From assembly GCA_002428565.1 (NCBI GenBank), contig DIXA01000058.1:51570-115569 (forward strand): a DNA stretch of 64,000 nt, written 5' to 3'. The stretch is from Anaerolineales bacterium UBA6092 (GTDB taxonomy: Bacteria > Chloroflexota > Anaerolineae > Anaerolineales > UBA4823). Positions 61,517 through 64,000 of the stretch are shown here, in pieces. Both the position numbers and the translations under genes were made by a program. The notes beneath the pieces were generated by a model. It was given only the letters and a program-made list of their open reading frames with translations. It was not told the DNA's origin and did not search any database. Numbering within the stretch: the first letter of the stretch is position 1; each line of letters begins with the position of its first letter.

Positions 61517-62320
61517 ATGCCTATAAAATACACGCGCAAACCTGTTTCCGCAAGCGCCCGACCTTCCCGCGCGCCTAAGCCCAAGAAAGAACAGCCGGCG
61601 CTGTTCAAGAAGAAGGAAAAGGCGCTGCCGCCTGCAGCTGCGCAACCACCTGCGCCGCCTGCACAGCCGCCCGAGGCTGCCCTGCGGGATGTATTCCTGC
61701 CCACCAGCCAGGCCGTCCCAGAGCGGGGCGGCTTGAAGTCGAGCCTGCGCATCAACCTGGGGCGGCTGCTGGGTGTTTTGGCCCTGCTGGTTGTGCTGGC
61801 GCTGGGCTGGGTGTTCGTGGCGGGGCCAGGCCGCCCCGCGCTGGAAAGTGCCCTGCTGGCCCTGGCAGAACGCAGTGTCTCGCCTACCTCCACGCTGACC
61901 GCTACGCCCGAGGCTACCGCCACGCTGCCCCCCGCGCCCACCTCCGAGCCGAGCGCTACGCCGCGGCCCTCCCGCACGCCCACCCAGGTCCCGCCCACCT
62001 TCACCCCCACGCCCGAATTCTCGCCCACGCCCGAATCGGCCTGCCGGGATATATCTACCTTCACCCTGGATGACGTGGGGCGCGAGGTTTGCGCCCAGGG
62101 CACCGTGCTGCGCCTGCAGCAAGGGGAGGGCTGGCTGCTGGTGATTTTCAATAACAAAGCCGGGAGCATGTACTGGGTGACCTATGACGTTTCGTATGAT
62201 TACGTGCAGCAATACGCCCCTGAGGGGGCCTGCGTCAACGTCACCGCAGTGGTGGAGAACCTGGATGGCACCCCCATCCTGACCTTCAACTGGCGCAATT
62301 TGCCCCAACCTTGCGAGTGA
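61517..62320 (+). CDS. Hypothetical single-pass membrane protein with basic/Pro-rich N-terminus, Pro/Thr-rich linker and a roughly 95-aa Cys-containing C-terminal domain
   Basis: ATG 61517 has GAGG 10 nt upstream. One TM helix (LLGVLALLVVLALGWVFVAG). PT-rich linker (ATPEATATLPPAPTSEPSATPRPSRTPTQVPPTFTPTPEFSPTPE). C-terminal domain with four Cys. I recognise no family. Confidence 0.6.
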   Translation: MPIKYTRKPVSASARPSRAPKPKKEQPALFKKKEKALPPAAAQPPAPPAQPPEAALRDVFLPTSQAVPERGGLKSSLRINLGRLLGVLALLVVLALGWVFVAGPGRPALESALLALAERSVSPTSTLTATPEATATLPPAPTSEPSATPRPSRTPTQVPPTFTPTPEFSPTPESACRDISTFTLDDVGREVCAQGTVLRLQQGEGWLLVIFNNKAGSMYWVTYDVSYDYVQQYAPEGACVNVTAVVENLDGTPILTFNWRNLPQPCE

Positions 62321-62399
62321 AAACGTTCAGATGTAAATTTTGCGGGCGAAGCCCGAAATATTTACATCCAGAGGGGGGATGGGAGAAGTGGAGTCAGAG

Positions 62400-63347
62400 A
62401 TGAGTGATTTACAGAGTTACGCCCAGACAGTCATCGACAACGTCGAAAAGGTGATCGTTGGCAAACGCGCCGCCATCGAACTGGTGCTGGTGGCCTTGCT
62501 GTGCGAGGGGCATGTGCTGGTGGAGGATGTGCCCGGCGTGGGTAAGACCATGCTGGCGCGGGCCGTGGCTGCCAGCCTGGGCGGGCATTTTGGCCGTATG
62601 CAGTGCACCCCCGATCTGCTGCCCAACGATGTGACCGGCGTTTCGGTGTACAACCAGCACAACGCGCAGTTCGAGTTCCGCCCGGGGCCGATCTTTGTCA
62701 ACATTTTGCTGGTGGATGAGATCAACCGCGCCACGCCGCGCACCCAATCGGCGCTGCTGGAGGCGATGCAAGAGCAGCAGGTGACCGCCGACGGGGTCAC
62801 GCGCCCCCTGCCGCGCCCGTTCCTGGTGCTGGCAACCCAAAACCCCATTGAGTACGAGGGCACCTTCCCCCTGCCCGAAGCCCAGTTAGACCGCTTCTTG
62901 ATACGCCTATCCTTGGGTTACCCTTCTCCCGCGGATGAACGGCAGATCTTGCTCAACCTGCGCGGCGAGCACCCCATCACCGGCCTGGGGCAGGTGGTGG
63001 ACGGGATGCGCCTGCTGGAATTCCAGAGCCAGATGGGCAAAGTGCATATCGATGAGACCCTGCAGGAGTACATTGTGCGCCTGGTGAATGCCACCCGTGA
63101 GCATCCCGACCTGGCTCTGGGCGGGAGCCCGCGCGCCAGTCTGGCGCTGTTCAAAACCTCCCAGGTGCTGGCGGCCCTGCGCGGGCGTGACCATGTGCTG
63201 CCAGAAGATATCCGCTACCTGGCGCCGTACACCCTGCCGCACCGCCTGATCCTGCGCCCCGAATCGGAGCTGCGCGGGCGCACCGCCAAAAGCATTTTAG
63301 AAGACCTCTTAAAGAACGTTGCGCTGGACCTGGGCGCGGCGGTCTGA
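62400..63347 (+). CDS. MoxR-family AAA+ ATPase
   Basis: ATG 62400 has GGAG 6 nt upstream. Walker A EDVPGVGKT. RMQCTPDLLPNDVTG. Walker B ILLVDEINRATP. FLVLATQNPIEYEGTFPLPEAQLDRF. C-terminal lid GGSPRASLAL. Confidence 0.9.
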   Translation: MSDLQSYAQTVIDNVEKVIVGKRAAIELVLVALLCEGHVLVEDVPGVGKTMLARAVAASLGGHFGRMQCTPDLLPNDVTGVSVYNQHNAQFEFRPGPIFVNILLVDEINRATPRTQSALLEAMQEQQVTADGVTRPLPRPFLVLATQNPIEYEGTFPLPEAQLDRFLIRLSLGYPSPADERQILLNLRGEHPITGLGQVVDGMRLLEFQSQMGKVHIDETLQEYIVRLVNATREHPDLALGGSPRASLALFKTSQVLAALRGRDHVLPEDIRYLAPYTLPHRLILRPESELRGRTAKSILEDLLKNVALDLGAAV

Positions 63348-63367
63348 CCCCCGAGCGGTCGGGCGGT

Positions 63368-64000
63368 ATGCTGACAAATTTCCTGGCGCTGATCTTTGGC
63401 CTGATCGTCATTGCGGCGATCTCCCAGGATCATGATGTATTTAAGGTACTGTACCTGCTGGTGGGGGCGCTGGTTTTGGGGCGCCTGTGGAGCCACCGGG
63501 CACTGGACGGGCTTGCGCTGCGGCGCGAATTCACCCCGCGCGCCTTTTGCGGCGAAGAGGTGCCCGTGCGGCTGCACTTCACCAACCAGAGCCTGCTGCC
63601 GCTGCTGTGGCTGCACGTCCACGAGGCCCTGCCGGTGGAAGTGGCCCCGCGCCAGCCTGTGCGCCAGGTGTTCAGCCTGGGGCCGCACGCCCACACCAAC
63701 CTGGATTACGTGCTGCGGGCGCGCAAGCGCGGCTATTATCCCATTGGCCCGCTCGAGGCCTCTACCAGTGACCTGCTGGGGCTGGCAGGCGACCGGATCA
63801 GCCAGGGCGGACCGGAATACCTCACCGTGTACCCGCGCATCGTTCACCTCACCCGCCTGGAACTGCCCAGCCATTCTCCCCTGGGCACGCTGCGGCACAA
63901 ACAGCCCGTATTCGAGGATCCCTCACGGGTGTGGGGCAAGCGCGACTACACCCCCGGCGATTCGCTGCGCCGGGTGGACTGGAAGGCCTCCGCGGCGCTG
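63368..64000 (+). CDS. DUF58-family protein (usual MoxR partner); 3' end outside window
   Basis: The frame is open from ATG 63368 to the window end, so it has no stop and is absent from the ORF track. Two N-terminal TM helices (MLTNFLALIFGLIVIAAI..., VLYLLVGALVLGRLW). Signature DYTPGDSLRRVDWKASAA at the very end of the window. Confidence 0.8.
   Translation, partial: MLTNFLALIFGLIVIAAISQDHDVFKVLYLLVGALVLGRLWSHRALDGLALRREFTPRAFCGEEVPVRLHFTNQSLLPLLWLHVHEALPVEVAPRQPVRQVFSLGPHAHTNLDYVLRARKRGYYPIGPLEASTSDLLGLAGDRISQGGPEYLTVYPRIVHLTRLELPSHSPLGTLRHKQPVFEDPSRVWGKRDYTPGDSLRRVDWKASAAL

Noticed and set aside
61880-62040. Apparent repetitive DNA (ACGCCC/CCCACC-rich) that could be a tandem repeat or a CRISPR-like feature
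   Set aside because: It is the coding sequence of a Pro/Thr-rich linker with no fixed repeat unit or spacer periodicity. It is compositional, not a repeat array.

Overview
No tools were used: all calls come from reading the ORF translations and the DNA, and domain boundaries are approximate. This is a GC-rich bacterial chromosomal segment. The gene style (many GAF/HAMP/Cache sensor proteins, a giant secreted subtilase, MoxR-DUF58) resembles filamentous Chloroflexota such as Anaerolineae or Caldilineae, but that is only a guess.

Layout:
(i) 1-2499: tail of a glycan operon (sugar phosphotransferase plus a GT-C-like membrane protein).
(ii) 2537-2608: tRNA-Gly(CCC) with a strong terminator, followed by a 43-bp perfect palindrome.
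(iii) 2908-48154: a 45-kb, 20-gene signalling cluster, all on the + strand. Nine junctions overlap and no gap exceeds 72 bp. It holds two CheY-like receivers, ten paralogous sensor-HAMP-GAF receptors with no recognisable output domain, two orphan solute-binding lipoproteins, an Nramp-like transporter, a ParA-like ATPase, a 2738-aa hybrid histidine kinase with about 12 GAF domains and two receivers, a threonine-synthase-like PLP enzyme fused to a receiver, an EamA exporter, and a zinc-ribbon/double-cyclase/STAND-ATPase/TPR protein.
(iv) 48235-53454 on the minus strand: a convergent three-gene phosphorelay (multi-GAF HK, REC-GAF-HK, OmpR-type regulator).
(v) 53845-61335: a 2496-aa secreted S8 protease, then a Pro/Thr-rich membrane protein, MoxR, and a 3'-truncated DUF58 gene.

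I saw no CRISPR array, transposase, integrase, rRNA or phage genes. The candidate undescribed system is block (iii). It looks like a many-receptors-to-one-kinase array. The receptors share a peculiar C-terminal half-GAF plus truncated-GAF tail, and the kinase N-terminus starts with the same half-GAF.
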